Source of the DNA: an uncultured cyanobacterium
GTDB lineage: Bacteria > Cyanobacteriota > Cyanobacteriia > Cyanobacteriales > Microcystaceae
Assembly (NCBI GenBank): GCA_963807635.1
Contig: CAWEDJ010000016.1
Location: 1 to 64,000 of the forward strand
DNA: 64,000 bases
Direction of reading: 5' to 3'
The translations under genes were made by a program, and so were the position numbers. Positions 1-10,491 of this stretch are shown here, one piece after another. The notes beneath the pieces are model-generated. The model was not told where the DNA came from. It did not search any database and saw nothing but the letters and a program-made list of their open reading frames with translations. Each line of letters starts with the position of its first letter. Positions within the stretch are counted from its first letter, which is position 1.

Positions 1-1649
1 GAGCTTGCTGAAAAAAGCTGAAAGCCTTATAAGAAAAGAGATGAGGGGATTTAGAGAGCAAAAAAAGTGCAAAAAAAAGGTCTAAAATGAGTGAAAAGGC
101 TTGCACCCCTCCCCTTCCAGAGCATTGAACGATGTACCCCAAAAAAGAATCCGAAAAATCGACTGTTGAAAACTTCAAAATACCAAGTGAGTGGAAGCCA
201 AAAGAAGAAAATCGTTGGGTAATCATGTCAAAAATAATTCCGTGGGAGGAATTTGAAGAAGAATATGCAAAACAATTTTCAGAAAATAAAGGAGCGACAG
301 CCAAACCATTTAGGATGGCATTAGGGTCATTAATAATAAAAGAAATATTGAGAATAAGTGACCGAGAAACAGTAGAACAAATAAAAGAAAACCCTTACTT
401 ACAATATTTTATAGGACTAGAAGTATATGAAAATGAGGAGGCATTTGATGCGTCACTGTTAGTACATTTCCGTCAAAGAATAGGAATGGACTTGGTGAAT
501 CAAATAAATAAAGCAATGGTAAAAAAAGAAGAAGAAATATTATCAGAAGTAAAAGAAAAAAGTGAAGGGGAAAATCAGAATAGAGGAAAGCTATTAATAG
601 ATGCAACCTGTGCACCAGCAGCATCAAATATCCAACAGATATAGGAATCTTGAATGAGGCAAGAGAAAAAACCGAAAAAATAATAGACAACTTGTATAAA
701 AAAACTAAAAAAAAAGGAAAAAAACCAAGAACCTATAGAATAAGAGCCAGAAAAGATTACTTAAAATTGTCAAAAAAACGCCGTCCGTCGAGAAAAGAAA
801 GGAGAAAGGGCATAAAAAAACAAATCCAATATATCAAAAGAAACCTTTCCCATATAGAAAAATTAAGAGAAGATAAAGAGGTCGCAAAATTAAGTAAAAA
901 AGACGAAAAGATACTGTCGATAATACAAAAAGCCTATGAGCAACAAGTAGGAATGTATGAAAATAAAGAAAATAAGGTAGAAAATAGAATTGTGAGTTTG
1001 ACTCAACCTCATGTTCGTCCCATTGTTAGAGGAAAAGCGGGAACGCCAGTAGAGTTTGGTGCAAAACTATCAGCAAGTTATGTGAATGGATATCTTTATT
1101 TATACCGATTAAGTTGGGATAATTATAATGAATCAGGCGACTTCAAAGGACAAATAGAAGAGTTTAAACGTGAGACAGGCTACTATCCCCAGTCTGTTCA
1201 TGCTGATGCAATCTATCGCACAAGGGAAAATCGCGCTTTTTGTAAGGAGAAGGGAATTCGATTGAGTGGCCCACCCTTGGGAAGACGACCCACAAATATT
1301 AGTCCAGAAAAAAAGAAAGAAGCTCTTCAAGATGAAAGAGACCGTAATGCTATTGAAGGCAAATTTGGTCAAGCAAAGAGACGATTTAGCCTCAATCGAG
1401 TTATGACAAAACTTCCTGATACCTCTGAAACCGCTATTGCTATCACCTTTTTAGTCATCAATCTTTTTGCCCTGCTTCGGCAGGTTTTACGTTTTTTTTG
1501 TCTTTTTCGGAAGAAGAGCTTATTTTTCTGCCCTCTTATTAGCCCAGCTTATGCTTTGTGTTGACAATTCATTTAACCCTTATGTTTTACTCGCCTTAAA
1601 TTCATAAATTAATCCCCTCTTCCTGTTTTTTGACTTTTTCAGCAAGCCC
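1..1649 (+). mobile_element. IS5-family insertion sequence
   Basis: Terminal inverted repeats GAGCTTGCTGAAAAAAG (1-17) and CTTTTTCAGCAAGCCC (1634-1649; reverse complement GGGCTTGCTGAAAAAG) enclose a DDE transposase; no HIP1 inside. Confidence 0.9.
132..1564 (+). CDS. IS5-family DDE transposase, split by a 1-nt indel near 621
   Basis: ORFs 132-644 and 650-1564 join into one protein: ENPYLQYFIG, LLIDATCAPA(D)IKYPTD, RGKAGTPVEFGAK, ADAIYRTREN, RNAIEGKFGQAKRRF. Confidence 0.88.
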
Positions 1650-2372
1650 TAAATATTCATTGACTTTAGATTCAAGAAATATAATAATACTACTGAATTC
1701 TAAAAGAGAAAGTTCGTCTTGTTTTGTTTGATGAATAATATTCGCATTTAATTGAAACAAACATCGATTATTAATAATATTAAAATTCCATTCTTTTTTT
1801 GCGTGATCTATAATTTTTTGGGAATATAATTTACAACTTCCTCTATAGTCTGTTTTGATGCTTGTTTAAGCTCTTCTTCAATTTTTCTAAAAATCAAATC
1901 CGACAATTCATTCTTAAAAACTAAATTGGATAAGACTTCAGGAGTCATCTCTGGTTGATAAGTAATCTCCATGTCTGAATCTAAATTCTCAGTAAATTGA
2001 GATATTCTAAAACAATTAATCCCTAATTCTTCTTTGTCAAATTTAATTTTTAGAGATGAATTTTTCTGGGTTTTAATTGCAATTGAAAAAGATTTATTGG
2101 AAGTAAATATTTTAGAGAATAATTGATCTCCCGATGTAAATTTAACATTTGGCCCATTAATCAATAAAGTCCCAGGATCTATAGACTGCTTCTAAAGTTT
2201 GTTTCATTAACAATAAAGGCTGCATAATACTAGATTTACCCGAACTATTCGCCCCTGCTAAAATCGTTAACGGACGAATTTCAATGCGACTTTCTTCATA
2301 CAAAGACTTAAAACCCTGCACTGAAATTTCAGTAATTCCTTGATCTATCGGTAAAGTTTCTTGAGTATTCAT
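1650..2372 (-). pseudogene. AAA_15/AbiEii-like ATPase, 5' part, interrupted by the IS
   Basis: N-terminus ISVQGFKSL...LTILAGANSSGKSS (Walker A). After indels near 2181 and 1815 the frame stays open up to the right inverted repeat of the IS. Confidence 0.7.
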
Positions 2373-2567
2373 AACGAACCAACTCCAACGAAAAACATAA
2401 CTAAAGTCAAAAGGTGATCGCTGATTTTCTTTCTTAGATTAGCGAAAAACATTAACAATCTAACGTATTTTGGGTTTCCCATACCGTAATGCGATCGCAG
2501 CAATTGTGCCATTCCTGATATTTTAGCTTGAGATAGAAAGCCACAAATTTTTCCCTATAATTTAAAA

Positions 2568-3494
2568 ATGATAAAAAAGCCTGCGGGGTGGCAAGTTAGA
2601 CTAATTTTGGCGATCGGGGTTTTAATGACTTCGACTTCTGCTATTTTTATTCGTCTGTCCTTTGCGATCGCGGGTCATTCGGGAATTTCCTTTAGTATCT
2701 TTCTCGCGGCGGCTCGTTTGATCGTCACTGCCATCTTATTAATTCCTAGTTGGCGCAATTTTAGACCAAAAGCCCATTCTCCCAAAACCTATTATTACGC
2801 GATCGCAGCAGGAATTTGTCTAGCCTTTCATTTTGTCACTTGGATTAGTTCCCTGTCCTTTACCTCGATCGCGGCGGCAACGACCTTAGTGACCATCAAT
2901 CCCATCTGGGTTTCCCTCCTCTGCTGGCTCTGGTGGGGAGAAAAACCCCATCGTTGGGTCATCGTAGGAATTATCATTGCCCTATTGGGAGGCGTATTGA
3001 TTGCCTTTGGTGACTCTAATGCTAGTCAAAATCATAGTAATCCGCTATTAGGAGATGCTCTAGCTCTTTTGGGTTCCTTATTGGCTAGTTTATACCTATT
3101 TTTCGGACGAGAAGCCCAAAAACAAGGATTGGGAATCGGTCAATATATCCTCATTGCTTACACCACCGCCGCCCTTTGCCTGTTGCCTCTGCCCCTATTT
3201 TCTCCCCAGGGTTATTGGGATTACCCGCCGTTGGTTTATCTTTATATTGTTTTAATGGCCATATTTCCCCAAATGATTGGTCATACGAGTATTAATTGGT
3301 CTATTAATTGGATTTCTCCTACCATTGTCACCCTGGCAATTTTATTTGAACCCCTGGGGTCGAGTTTCTTGGGTTGGCTTATTTTTCAAGAAATTCCCCC
3401 GTTAACGGTTTTGGGCGGAGGATTAATTTTATTATTGGGAGTAGCGATCGCCGCAATCGGTGACAACAAGCATCAAAAAACGGGTTCAACTTGA
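2568..3494 (+). CDS. DMT/EamA family transporter
   Basis: About 10 hydrophobic segments; HFVTWISSL, GHTSINW and EPLGS motifs. Confidence 0.9.
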   Translation: MIKKPAGWQVRLILAIGVLMTSTSAIFIRLSFAIAGHSGISFSIFLAAARLIVTAILLIPSWRNFRPKAHSPKTYYYAIAAGICLAFHFVTWISSLSFTSIAAATTLVTINPIWVSLLCWLWWGEKPHRWVIVGIIIALLGGVLIAFGDSNASQNHSNPLLGDALALLGSLLASLYLFFGREAQKQGLGIGQYILIAYTTAALCLLPLPLFSPQGYWDYPPLVYLYIVLMAIFPQMIGHTSINWSINWISPTIVTLAILFEPLGSSFLGWLIFQEIPPLTVLGGGLILLLGVAIAAIGDNKHQKTGST

Positions 3495-3495
3495 G

Positions 3496-4377
3496 ATGAA
3501 AAAATTATTAATAACAGGTGTAAGCGGATTTTTAGGTTGGAATTTAAGCCAATTAGCCAGACAAGATTGGCAGGTTTATGGAACCTATTTTAGCCACGCT
3601 TTGGAAATTGCTGGAATTAATTTATACAAAGTTGATTTGACGGATTTACTCGCTGTAAAAAAATTATTTTTAGAAATAAAACCCGATGCCGTTATTCATT
3701 TAGCTGCCCAATCCCAACCTAATTTTTGTCAAAAAAATCCAGAATTATCCTACAAAATTAATGTCACCAGTACGATCAATCTGGCCAAATTATCCGCCGA
3801 ATTTCAGATTCCCTTTTTATTCACCTCTACTGATCTGGTCTTTGATGGAACTAATCCGCCCTACAAGGAAAGCGATCGCGTTTCCCCGATTAATCTCTAT
3901 GGAGAACAAAAAGCCGAGGCAGAACAGGAAATTTTAAACGTTTATCCCGAAAGTATCATTTGTCGAATGCCATTAATGTTTGGGATTCCTTCTCCCTGTT
4001 CCCCAAGTTTTATTCAACCCTTTATTCAAACCCTCAAAGCAGGTAAACCCTTAAGTTTATTTAAAGATGAAATGCGATCGCCTGTCAGTGGAAAAACCGC
4101 CTCCGAAGGAATTTTATTGGCCCTAGAAAACTGTCGAGGAGAAATCCTCCATTTAGGCGGCAAGGAATCCATTTCTCGTTATCAATTTGGGTTATTAATG
4201 GCTGAAAAATTGGGACTACCGACTGATAAAATTACTGCCTGTTTACAAGCCGATGTTCCCATGGCCGCCCCCCGTCCCAAAGACGTTTCTCTTAATAGCA
4301 CCAAAGCCTATGGTTTAGGTTACAATCCGCCCAGTTTAGGGGAAGAATTTGATTATTTGAAACCATATTTAGTTTAA
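3496..4377 (+). CDS. RmlD-like (dTDP-4-dehydrorhamnose reductase family) SDR oxidoreductase
   Basis: LLITGVSGFLG, STDLVFDG, YGEQK and APRP motifs. Confidence 0.85.
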   Translation: MKKLLITGVSGFLGWNLSQLARQDWQVYGTYFSHALEIAGINLYKVDLTDLLAVKKLFLEIKPDAVIHLAAQSQPNFCQKNPELSYKINVTSTINLAKLSAEFQIPFLFTSTDLVFDGTNPPYKESDRVSPINLYGEQKAEAEQEILNVYPESIICRMPLMFGIPSPCSPSFIQPFIQTLKAGKPLSLFKDEMRSPVSGKTASEGILLALENCRGEILHLGGKESISRYQFGLLMAEKLGLPTDKITACLQADVPMAAPRPKDVSLNSTKAYGLGYNPPSLGEEFDYLKPYLV

Positions 4378-4423
4378 TGGCCATTTAAACTGAAAACGTC
4401 GCCGATATTTTTAAGAAAATCCT

Positions 4424-4661
4424 GTAGGGGCGTAAGGCTTACGCCCAATAAAATAGTCTAACTGCCCTCAACTCCATTTACTTTAGGTTGATTTTGGCGT
4501 TAAAGCTCAGATTTTAAGGAACAAGGATTTAATTAAGTTGTGTATTCAAGATTCCGATTTCTGTAGGGACATAATACCATTATGTCTATAATCTCAACGG
4601 TCAACAGACAATGTATTGCTTGATAGACGAATAAAAGGACTTAACAGTGTTAAGCCCCTAC
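4424..4661. repeat. Cluster of three GTAGGG-type REP-like hairpins
   Basis: GTAGGGGCGTAAGGCTTACGCCC (4424), GTAGGGACATAATACCATTATGTC (4563) and the reversed AGGACTTAACAGTGTTAAGCCCCTAC (4636-4661). Confidence 0.7.
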
Positions 4662-4773
4662 AAAAAAAAGAATGATTTTAGGGATAGGAAGCTACAATCT
4701 TAAGAATTAAGAACAAAAATATTTTTAAGGTCTTTTGGCAACAGAAAAAGCACAGGTTATTTATTTTTCATTC

Positions 4774-5241
4774 CTAAACATTCCCAAAGGTTTCTTGTAA
4801 AATTTCATCATTATCATCGGCAATGGTCGCGACAAGAGTAATGGCCCGCGAAATTTCTCCAGGAGACAAATCCGCAACCGCCCTTTGTAAAACCACCACC
4901 ACTGCGTCATTCATGATGGCAAAACGGGTTTCTAAGGTTTCTGACCAATTCATGGTTAATAACTTTCGGGTTAAGCCCGCTTCATCTCTGACGGGAAACG
5001 TTAGCACAGTGGCCCAAGCGGTGAAAAGATCTTCGTCTGTTTCTCCCGTTAATTGCACAAAAACTTCGACACTGCCGTACTGAAACTTCCAGAGATAGCC
5101 CTGCTCGTTTTCGTGAACCATTGCGCTTTCATTTTGAGCCATGCTACCAATAACCGTTTCGATCACCGACTGATGGCTCTGGGGAATTAGGTTCTGGATG
5201 GTTGTTTCGACGGTTTCGGGGGTTTGGGTTTCGGCTGTCAT
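4774..5241 (-). CDS. YbjN domain-containing protein
   Basis: WKFQYGSVEVFVQLTG...EISRAITLVATIADDND is typical of cyanobacterial YbjN proteins. Confidence 0.8.
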   Translation of the reverse strand: MTAETQTPETVETTIQNLIPQSHQSVIETVIGSMAQNESAMVHENEQGYLWKFQYGSVEVFVQLTGETDEDLFTAWATVLTFPVRDEAGLTRKLLTMNWSETLETRFAIMNDAVVVVLQRAVADLSPGEISRAITLVATIADDNDEILQETFGNV

Positions 5242-5438
5242 AGTAAAAAAAGAGATTTAATGATTAAGATAATCTTCGTATTATCCCATCAGTTTCACTT
5301 AGCGAAAGCAGAAATTTTTCTGATATTTTTCAAGACTACTTCTAAAGCATCGTGAAACATTATATGAAGAAAATCTGAAATTTGTTGGATAAATAAGGCA
5401 GAATAACGGTAAGTGAATTAGAGCAATGAGTTTTCGCC

Positions 5439-6073
5439 ATGCAAGAATTGCAATCGAAATTTTTTTCTGACCGTTCAAGTCAGGCTACAACGGAAGAATC
5501 GACTCGTACTCGAATTTTACAGTCGGCTTTGCGGCTTTTTGCGACCCAGGGTTTTGAAGGAACAACGACGAAGGACTTGGCCAGGCGGCTAATGTGTCAG
5601 AAGGAACTTTATTTCGCTATTTTACCAATAAAAAAGCTATTCTAGTCGAAGTTGCCACAACAGGTTGGATTGAGATTTTAACGGATTTATTGACAGAGTT
5701 GAGCGAAATGGGTAGTTATAAGGCGATCGCCCAGGTGATGCGCCATCGAATGTTACGGATGCAGGAAAATAAGCATTTATTACAGGTTTGTTTTGTGGAA
5801 GCTCAATTTCATCCCGAACTCCGCGATCGCATTCAATTAGAAATTATCGCCAAAATGACGGATGTGGCCGAAGCTTTTTTTGAAACGGCCATGAAGAAGG
5901 GCATTTATCGTCAAATGAATCCTAAAATTGTTGCCCAGGTCTTTTTGGGAATGTTCGCTGTAGCGGGTTTTTCAGAACAAACCATCGATCCCCATGCCTC
6001 TCCGAAAGCGTTACAGGAAATGGCGGAAGGATTGGCCGATATTTTTTTAAATGGGGTTTTGCTAAAAGACTAA
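5439..6073 (+). CDS. TetR/AcrR family transcriptional regulator (1-nt deletion near 5581)
   Basis: RILQSALRLFATQGFEGTTTKDLA joins VSEGTLFRYF, forming the HTH, if one C is restored in GGCC(C)AGG. Confidence 0.88.
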
Positions 6074-6164
6074 AAAATGAAAAATAAATCAGATCGGCAG
6101 AGGATCAAAGAAGCGCGACCAAATCGCCTTAAATTAAAGAGAGACTTGTTTTTGATCAAAGCCC

Positions 6165-7383
6165 ATGAATCCCGTTGCCAAACTATCCAACCCCAACCCA
6201 TCAGTTAGCAAAAATGCTGCGGTCAAAGATTGGTCATGGCCCTTTTGGTATCTGGTTCCGATTTATCCCTACAACCAAAAACGAACCATCAGAGTTGAAG
6301 TCGTCAAAGATTGGATCTGGACATTTGAACAGGTTCAGGGCATTTTTTATGTCGTTGTTCCCATCCGCATGACCGTCATTCGGCTAGAAAAAGGAGGATT
6401 ATTGGTATATGCGCCCGTTGCCCCGACTCCTGAATGTATCCGTTTGATGCAGGAATTGGTGGCCCAATATGGAGAAGTCAAATATATCATTCTGCCCACC
6501 ATTTCAGGCTTAGAACATAAGGTTTCCGTTGGCCCTTTTTGCCCGCCATTTCCCGATCACCCAGATTTTTGTTGCGCCCAATCAATGGAGTTTTCCCATC
6601 AATTTGCCCCTCAGTTGGCTCGGTTTCCCGAAGGAGCGTACCCAAATTTTACCCTTTGAGAGTTCTAAAACGCCCTTTTTTGGGGAATTTGATTATGCTA
6701 TTTTGGGGCCGATTGATCTCAGGCTGGGACTGTTTGGAGAAGTTGCTTTTTTCCATCGGCGATCGCAGACTTTATTGGTCACAGATTTAGTCATCTCTCT
6801 ACCTGAAAAACCTCCCGATGTTTTGGAACTCGATCCCTATCCCCTTTTGTTTCACGCTAAAGACAAAGCCTCTGATTCCATTCAGGATAATGAAAGCGAT
6901 CGCATTAAAGGTTGGCAACGGATTTGTTTATTCGCCCTCTATTTCCAAGCTAGTAGCCTAGAAGTTCCCGATTGGTTAGCTGTTTGGCAGGACTCCAGAG
7001 AGGCGGCAGATCATTCTTTAAAGGCTTATTTCGGATTATTTCCGTTTAAATGGAAAAAAGATTGGCGACAAACCTTTGATACCCTGCGCGGTGGGGGTCG
7101 ATTATTGGTGGCTCCCATTCTTCAGGAATTAATTCTCAATCGACAACCCCAGGAAACCCTAAATTGGGCCAATAAAATTGCTACCTGGGATTTTTCGCGT
7201 CTGATTTCCTGTCATTTTGATGCGCCTGTTGCGGTTAAACCCGAAGAATTTCGTCAAGCATTTTCTTTTTTAGAAAAATCTTGTCCAGAGACTCAGCGTT
7301 TACCCGTTAAGGATTTAGCAACCTTGCAAAAAATTGATCAGTTTCTTTACCGTTGGAAAATAACACCGCCTCCTAAACATTAG
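6165..7383 (+). CDS. DUF4336 domain protein (metallo-beta-lactamase-like; 1-nt insertion near 6540)
   Basis: RMTVIRL, YAPVAPT, SGLEHK, EVAFFH, LLVTD and CHFDAP motifs spread across two overlapping ORFs. Confidence 0.82.
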
Positions 7384-7438
7384 CGATCGCATCTCAAAAA
7401 AATTAATTTTTTATTGAATTAGTTTTTAATTATTGAAT

Positions 7439-7639
7439 TTAGTTGTAATAATCATTATTTTTAACAGCCCCAATGGATTCTTCATCTTGATTAATACAAT
7501 CAGGGTTTTTAGCAAAATTACAAACCCTGGCCCACAGTTTTGCTCTTGTTCCCGATGGCCCCACAGAAAACACAACTTTTGCTCCGTTCTCAATGGTTAC
7601 GCCGCAGACTGGACAGACTTCACTGGTGAATTCAGACAT
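7439..7639 (-). CDS. Small conserved Cys-containing cyanobacterial protein
   Basis: CPVCGV...VFSVGPSGTRAKLWARVC...CIN pattern. Confidence 0.65.
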   Translation of the reverse strand: MSEFTSEVCPVCGVTIENGAKVVFSVGPSGTRAKLWARVCNFAKNPDCINQDEESIGAVKNNDYYN

Positions 7640-7748
7640 GAGTATTTATTCTTATTGGCAGATCGTTTGAGAAACGATAACGGATGATGCCAAAATAAAA
7701 CCGCTACTTTTGTTACCGTTTTATAAATTAGACATCTCCAAAAATTGA

Positions 7749-7776
7749 GTAGGGGTCATTCATGAATTGCCCCTAC
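7749..7776. repeat. REP-like hairpin
   Basis: GTAGGGGTCATTCATGAATTGCCCCTAC, an imperfect palindrome just past the stop of the 7791-8609 gene. Confidence 0.7.
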
Positions 7777-7790
7777 TAAGAATTTCAATA

Positions 7791-8609
7791 TTACCAAGCT
7801 GAATAGCGATCGCGTCCCCATTGAGATTGGGAAGGAGATGAGGTGTTATTGAGGTACAAAGGAGCCTGGACAGTGAGGGTTAAATCTTGACTCGGATTAA
7901 TCGTCATCACTTCCTTGGTTCCGCCGCCAATAATTCCTGCCCTGGGTAAACCCCATCCTGCCAAAGCTCCAACAGCCGCGCCTCCTAAGACTTCTAGGGC
8001 ATTAATATGGCGATCGCCCGTGACCCCTGCAATCAGAGTGGCAGCACCCGCCCCCGCGAGGGTTCCTGTGACGATATCAGCAGTGGAAGCTCCCTCATTA
8101 ACGGTTTGAAAATCCACTAATTCGCGGGAAGTCGCATTGAAATTCAGGCGTTGACCATTCTTGAGCGTAATTTGTTGAGCAAAAAATTGGACTCCATCCC
8201 TGGAAGGGCGTAGTTCTCCCAACACTTCACTCCCCGCAGGAATGAGGATATTACCATTGGATTGACGAACATTGGATGCCGTATAGAGGGTGAGGGTACG
8301 AGACTCATTGGGGCTGATTTCAATCGTTTCAGATTCATTGAAGGTCATAGGAATCGTTGTCCCAACGGGAATAGTTCCCTGATTAGGATTAGAGAAAGTT
8401 TGACTTTGGTTGCGGTTAAAGGTGGGGACGCTCTGATTGCGGTTAAAAGTAGATGAGGGAGAAGGTGAACGCAACAGATTGTAGCTGGTGTTGGTTTGAC
8501 GACGCACAGGTTTGGCAGAAACAGGAACAAAGGAACCTAATAGCGTTGTACCTACCAATAAAACCGCGATCGCTGCTTTTCCCGATTGTTTATGAATAAA
8601 GTTCAACAT
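7791..8609 (-). CDS. Secreted/envelope protein with TrbI-like beta region and glycine zipper
   Basis: Signal peptide, IPVGTTIP, ILIPAGSEVLGEL, and GAGAATLIAGVTGDR...VLGGAAVGALAGW. Confidence 0.65.
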   Translation of the reverse strand: MLNFIHKQSGKAAIAVLLVGTTLLGSFVPVSAKPVRRQTNTSYNLLRSPSPSSTFNRNQSVPTFNRNQSQTFSNPNQGTIPVGTTIPMTFNESETIEISPNESRTLTLYTASNVRQSNGNILIPAGSEVLGELRPSRDGVQFFAQQITLKNGQRLNFNATSRELVDFQTVNEGASTADIVTGTLAGAGAATLIAGVTGDRHINALEVLGGAAVGALAGWGLPRAGIIGGGTKEVMTINPSQDLTLTVQAPLYLNNTSSPSQSQWGRDRYSAW

Positions 8610-8855
8610 TGAAAATTCCTCTCCTGAAGTTGGGCGGTGGTCGGTTTAATCTCTACCGATATCTCTACGTTAGGTCTTTAGACTGGGGATGTCAGTCCCA
8701 TCGCAGATGGAATATATGGGTTTTGTAGAAGATTTATCGCTTTTTTTAGTAGAAAAAAGTAGAAAGAAAAACTGTCCCAGGACAGCAGACAAAATAGGGA
8801 GAATTATGTTAGCATCGAAAAAATTTCCAACCAATTTAGTCCGACTTCCAGTTTC

Positions 8856-9356
8856 ATGAGTAAGGTTCTGGTGCTAAATGCCTCCTATGAACCGCTTAAC
8901 ATCACCAGTTGGCGGAGAGCGGTAGTTCTGTTGCTTAAGGGAAAAGCCGAGCAACTGGAACATAACGGCCATTTTATTTATACAGATTTTCCCTTTCCTA
9001 CGGTTATTCGTCTTCGTCATTTCGTTAAAGTCCCCTATAAGGAAATTCCCCTCACTCGGCGGAATCTCTTGGAACGCGATCGCCATACCTGCCAGTATTG
9101 CAACTATCGGGGGGAACAACTGACCCTGGATCATGTGATTCCTCGTTCTAGGGGAGGCGGAGATACCTGGGATAACTTAGTTGCCGCCTGTGTCAGATGT
9201 AATGTCAACAAAGGTAACCGTACCCCAAAGGAAGCAGGGATGCCCCTTACGATTCAACCCCGTCGCCCCTACAGTAGCCTCCATTTTGAATTGGTCAAAC
9301 ATACTAGGGGTGAACATAATCAGGAATGGCGCAAGTATGTGATTGGGATTGATTAA
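8856..9356 (+). CDS. HNH endonuclease (McrA-like)
   Basis: VLVLNASYEPL, RD..CQYC, TLDHVIPRSRGG, NLVAACVRCNVNKG. Confidence 0.92.
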   Translation: MSKVLVLNASYEPLNITSWRRAVVLLLKGKAEQLEHNGHFIYTDFPFPTVIRLRHFVKVPYKEIPLTRRNLLERDRHTCQYCNYRGEQLTLDHVIPRSRGGGDTWDNLVAACVRCNVNKGNRTPKEAGMPLTIQPRRPYSSLHFELVKHTRGEHNQEWRKYVIGID

Positions 9357-9365
9357 TGCCGATTT

Positions 9366-10481
9366 TTAAGCCGATAACGCGATCGCGGCATTTTGTCCTC
9401 CAAAACCAAAGCTGAGACAAAGGGCGTGATTTATCAAGGTAGATTGGGCATTTTTGACTAGATTTAAATCAAAATCTGAATCATTTAAACCCACACAGGG
9501 CGGTAATATCTGGGAATGTAACGCCATTAAACTAAAGGCAATGCCCAAGGCTCCCGAAGCTCCCAAAGTATGGCCCGTTGCGCCCTTACTGGAACTCACC
9601 GCGACTTGTTTGGGAAAAATAGCCTGAATCAAAGCAGCTTCTCGGCGATCGTTTAATTGGGTTCCTGTGCCGTGAGCGTGGATAAATTGAATGTCATTCG
9701 GGGTTAAATCACTTCGTTCCAAACAGTGTTTAATCGCCAAAGTTGCACTGTGATTATTTTCGGCGGGTGCGCTGACATGACTCGCATCACAGGTAAAGCC
9801 CCAACCTTTGATAGTTCCGTAAATTTTCGCGCCTCGTTTTTGGGCTAATTCTAAAGATTCCAACACAAAAACTGCTCCTCCTTCCCCTAAAACTAATCCC
9901 TCTCTCTGTTGATCAAAGGGATAACAACCCCTTTTAGCTAAGGCTCCCATTTGTTGAAATCCTGCTAGGGTTAAAGGCGTGATCGGCACTTCTACGGCCC
10001 CTGCGATGACTCTTGCACAGTGTCCTTGTTGAATTAATTCACAGCCCTGGCTGAGGGCTAAAATTCCTGTGGCACAGGCTGCCATGGGAGCTAAAACCAT
10101 TGCTTGAGTGCCAATCTGACGAGCGGTTAGGATCGCGCCTTGGTGGGGGAGAGTTTCGAGCCAATCGGCAGTAACTTCCTGGGGAGAACTGGCGAACTGT
10201 TCCCACAAACCCTGGCAACCCCGACTAGAGCCGATCGCGACTCCACAGTTTTCGAGGGGAATAACTAATTGGGCATCCTCTAGAGCATCTTGGACAGTTA
10301 TTTGCACAATTTGTCCCAAGCTGAGGGGAGAGTTACCGATCATGGCTAAGGGAATGGGCGGAAAAGTGGGAAAAGGTTGCTTAATTTGGATGCCAGACTT
10401 TCCCTCAATTAAATTCTGCCAACTTTCGCTTAAATTTCCTAAAACTGACCGTAAACCAATACCTGTAATCGCAATATCCAA
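9366..10481 (-). CDS. Beta-ketoacyl-ACP synthase (FabF-like paralog)
   Basis: AACATG (catalytic Cys), HAHGTGT, KGATGHTLG, SFGFGGQN. Confidence 0.88.
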   Translation of the reverse strand: MDIAITGIGLRSVLGNLSESWQNLIEGKSGIQIKQPFPTFPPIPLAMIGNSPLSLGQIVQITVQDALEDAQLVIPLENCGVAIGSSRGCQGLWEQFASSPQEVTADWLETLPHQGAILTARQIGTQAMVLAPMAACATGILALSQGCELIQQGHCARVIAGAVEVPITPLTLAGFQQMGALAKRGCYPFDQQREGLVLGEGGAVFVLESLELAQKRGAKIYGTIKGWGFTCDASHVSAPAENNHSATLAIKHCLERSDLTPNDIQFIHAHGTGTQLNDRREAALIQAIFPKQVAVSSSKGATGHTLGASGALGIAFSLMALHSQILPPCVGLNDSDFDLNLVKNAQSTLINHALCLSFGFGGQNAAIALSA

Positions 10482-10491
10482 GGTGATGCTC

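Noticed and set aside
600..660. Programmed frameshift in the transposase
   Set aside because: No slippery run at the junction; restoring one A recreates the conserved PADIKYPTD motif.
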